Origin: a virus | Virus record (IMG/VR): IMGVR_UViG_3300046820_000088 | Span: 38,424-102,423 of that record | Strand: one strand, 5' to 3' | DNA: 64,000 bases | Shown: piece by piece, positions 62,117 to 64,000 of the stretch | Layout of the letters: every line of letters starts with the position of its first letter | Numbering within the stretch: the first letter of the stretch is position 1 | The notes under the pieces: generated by a model | The model's database searches: none | What the model saw: the letters and a program-made list of their open reading frames with translations, nothing else | What the model was told of the DNA's origin: nothing | Made by a program: the position numbers and the translations under genes

Positions 62117-62383
62117 ATGTTAGGATTTTTAAAGAAACTATTTGGCGGTACACCAGCAGAAAAAACTGCGGAAGCCCCATATAAAGTAGAGGCACCAGTT
62201 GTTGAAGTCAAGCCAGTCGTTGAGTCTGCGCCCGAAGTTGCCCCAGTTGAAGCTAAAGCACCCGAAGCAAAACAACCAGCGCCAAAGAAACGACAGTATG
62301 CTAAAAAGCCTGCTGCTGAGAAGAAACCAGCCGCCGCTAAAAAGCCAGCCGGTCGTAAGCCAAAAGCAAAACCAGCAGTTTAA
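62117..62383 (+). CDS. K/A/P-rich histone H1-like protein with amphipathic N-terminus
   Basis: AGGAGG RBS; MLGFLKKLFG; AKKP repeats; TTAAATA upstream. Confidence 0.75.
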   Translation: MLGFLKKLFGGTPAEKTAEAPYKVEAPVVEVKPVVESAPEVAPVEAKAPEAKQPAPKKRQYAKKPAAEKKPAAAKKPAGRKPKAKPAV

Positions 62384-62393
62384 TGTTGGTCGT

Positions 62394-62423
62394 AAGAAAG
62401 CGGGCCCGGCCCGCTTTTCTTTT
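62394..62423. terminator. bidirectional intrinsic terminator
   Basis: AAAGCGGGC-CCG-GCCCGCTTTT between convergent genes. Confidence 0.85.
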
Positions 62424-62434
62424 GGCTAAACTGT

Positions 62435-63454
62435 TTAAATAGTTTTCGAGTACTCGTAAAGAGCAGAACTAGCCAAGTTCTTGGCCTTACTCTCACACAT
62501 GATATCGAACTGATCTCGGAATCCCAGCGCCCATTTATTAACCTCATTATTCCAGTAGAAGTCTGAGTGTGCCCGCATCTTTTGTTTTTTGTAGCCTGCT
62601 GTAATCAAGCTGTCGCGGCATGGAAGAGTATTAGGGCAATGACCAACAAGGCAATCTTCACGTGAAACACTGTAATGTAGAGTAGGGCGAAGACCGCGCC
62701 AAGAATCAACAACCCGCTGAACCCGCTCGCTGGATGGCACCAAGTATTCGCCTTCTCGCACCCAATGATGATGTATATCCAAAACAATTGGAAGCAGATT
62801 AGATAAAGTAAGGCAATCGTCGAGTCCCCAAGCATTTTCTTCGTTCTCGATAGTAATACAGTTACGTGCTTCGGGGCTTAACCGTTGATAGGCCTTGCGG
62901 ATACCGTCTGGACCTTGCTGACCTGAAATGTGTACATTGATTTTTAGATCCTGGAATGTTTGACCGTAGCCCATCCACCGGGCCATTGTGGCGTGGTACT
63001 CGAACTCTTCGATGGAACGCTCTACAATACCTGGATTAGCAGATGCAAGCACAGTAAACTGGCCGGGATGAAAACTAAGGCGAACACTATTCTTGCGAGC
63101 CAGATCTCCCACCTCTCTAAATGCTCTTTCGCAATATGATCGAACATCGGATAGCCCATAAAAGAACCCCCAACGAGGCTCAGTGAAAACAGGAAGTATA
63201 TCGCTACTGAGTCGTACCATTCTAAGATTTTCATCTAATCCGCTTACCTTTTCTACCAGCTTGCGTGTAGATTCGATGTTACCTTTTACTAGGTCCCACA
63301 GCTTTTCTTCTGCAACCTGCTGGCTCTGTCTATTTAACCAGGCAACAGTTGTGCTGCCTGTATTATAGATTTTAGCAGGATCGGTAGCCTTAATACCGTT
63401 CACTTGATCAGGAGTATCGATCCATTTGCAGGCAAAGCCTATGCGTTTATGCAC
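62435..63454 (-). CDS. uvsE: UV damage endonuclease
   Basis: RIGFAC, RLSSDILP, SFHPGQF, IENEE, LDIHHH, RAHSD, MCESKAK; GTG start likely. Confidence 0.93.
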   Translation of the reverse strand: MHKRIGFACKWIDTPDQVNGIKATDPAKIYNTGSTTVAWLNRQSQQVAEEKLWDLVKGNIESTRKLVEKVSGLDENLRMVRLSSDILPVFTEPRWGFFYGLSDVRSYCERAFREVGDLARKNSVRLSFHPGQFTVLASANPGIVERSIEEFEYHATMARWMGYGQTFQDLKINVHISGQQGPDGIRKAYQRLSPEARNCITIENEENAWGLDDCLTLSNLLPIVLDIHHHWVREGEYLVPSSERVQRVVDSWRGLRPTLHYSVSREDCLVGHCPNTLPCRDSLITAGYKKQKMRAHSDFYWNNEVNKWALGFRDQFDIMCESKAKNLASSALYEYSKTI

Positions 63455-63662
63455 TTTTAATAACCTTAAAGATTTTGTAATAAGAATTTTGACATTGTTG
63501 TAGTGCCCATTGTAACTGCTTTGCTGGCATGTCGTCAACTACAAAGTTAATGTCTTTAGTTATATCTAGATGAGAATACATTCTTTTGAACGTTAAGCGA
63601 TTGTGTTCGTCTAGTAAAGACAGTAGACGCTTGATTTCGGTACGCTTCTGTTTTGGGGTCAT
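63447..63662 (-). CDS. hypothetical protein
   Basis: GGAG RBS; ATGA overlap. Confidence 0.7.
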   Translation of the reverse strand: MTPKQKRTEIKRLLSLLDEHNRLTFKRMYSHLDITKDINFVVDDMPAKQLQWALQQCQNSYYKIFKVIKSA

Positions 63663-63880
63663 TTGTAGTCCAACTCCACTTCTCGTTCAACATAGGTTGT
63701 TGTAGCCATCTTCAACACGATAGCGGCACTATGACGCCACATGTCCTCACGCATACCAAGATAACTTAGTCCAAGTGCCTCGAAAGCATTGTCTAGTCCA
63801 TCGTAGTCCAGTGTGGGTGCGGCTTCGTGAAACTCACGAGCACGGTGCTTAAACTCTTCCCAGGAACATTCAAGCGTCAT
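63659..63880 (-). CDS. hypothetical protein
   Basis: GGAG RBS; ATGA overlap. Confidence 0.7.
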   Translation of the reverse strand: MTLECSWEEFKHRAREFHEAAPTLDYDGLDNAFEALGLSYLGMREDMWRHSAAIVLKMATTTYVEREVELDYK

Positions 63881-63999
63881 TCTTTAACTCCGAAATGTTG
63901 TTTAATCTTATCTACAATGTGTTCACTTTGTTGTATTCTTGCCCGGTTCCAGACCTCATCCTGAAGGTTATACACTTCCATTTCCTCCACCTGTTTCTT
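63877..63999 (-). CDS. C-terminal part of hypothetical protein (truncated by window)
   Basis: Open frame ...KIKQHFGVKE*; TGA overlaps ATG 63880. Confidence 0.6.
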   Translation of the reverse strand, partial: KKQVEEMEVYNLQDEVWNRARIQQSEHIVDKIKQHFGVKE

Positions 64000-64000
64000 C

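Noticed and set aside
62435-63454. uvsE looks GC-richer than its surroundings (recent acquisition)
   Set aside because: Only an impression without computed GC; uvsE is a known accessory gene in large phages
1-64000. Many short opposite-strand or alternate-frame ORFs in the track (e.g. 725-931, 25325-25774, 28536-28916, 34528-35232, 53305-53667)
   Set aside because: They lie inside well-supported genes and have no RBS or motifs; they are shadow ORFs
1-64000. Stop-codon reassignment
   Set aside because: Known genes are full length under code 11, coding density is high, and TAA, TGA and TAG all end genes
1-64000. tRNA, rRNA or CRISPR arrays
   Set aside because: Intergenic gaps are short and show no cloverleaf or repeat-spacer pattern by eye; tRNAscan would confirm

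Overview
The window is a gene-dense, AT-rich fragment of a large dsDNA tailed phage, most likely a jumbo myovirus distantly related to T4. Evidence is a PolB, a gp45-like clamp, a clamp loader, RNase H, DsbA, T4 gp9/gp10-like baseplate N-termini and TAAATA late promoters. Spanins point to a Gram-negative host. The genetic code looks standard and I found no tRNA, rRNA, CRISPR or integrase. Modules from left to right: (1) a late cluster of glycosyltransferase-like genes converging on four tandem twitch/SPASM radical SAM genes; (2) RNase H and a 7-deazaguanine DNA-modification cluster (DpdA-like, a DpdL-type QueD paralog, FolE, QueE with an unusual Cys spacing, MazG) with an embedded GT-B glycosyltransferase, directly downstream of clamp and PolB; (3) a late cluster of proteins sharing a T4 internal-protein-like capsid-targeting N-terminus, including a GH19 hydrolase, a nucleotidyltransferase and an apparent protease-cleaved polyprotein; (4) ClpA, peptide deformylase and DnaJ; (5) a lysis cassette; (6) PhoH, dCMP deaminase, clamp loader, sugar-nucleotide enzymes, GroES and a DnaE fragment; (7) large virion/tail proteins; (8) ACP and UvsE. 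Best candidates for undescribed systems are a possibly glycosylated 7-deazaguanine DNA hypermodification, a capsid-packaged effector cassette, and a glycosyltransferase plus radical SAM virion-modification locus. Regulatory observations include terminators whose hairpins carry the -35 of a near-consensus sigma70 promoter, leaderless late transcripts, and structured leaders on polB and phoH. All assignments come from motif recognition by eye; no database searches were run.
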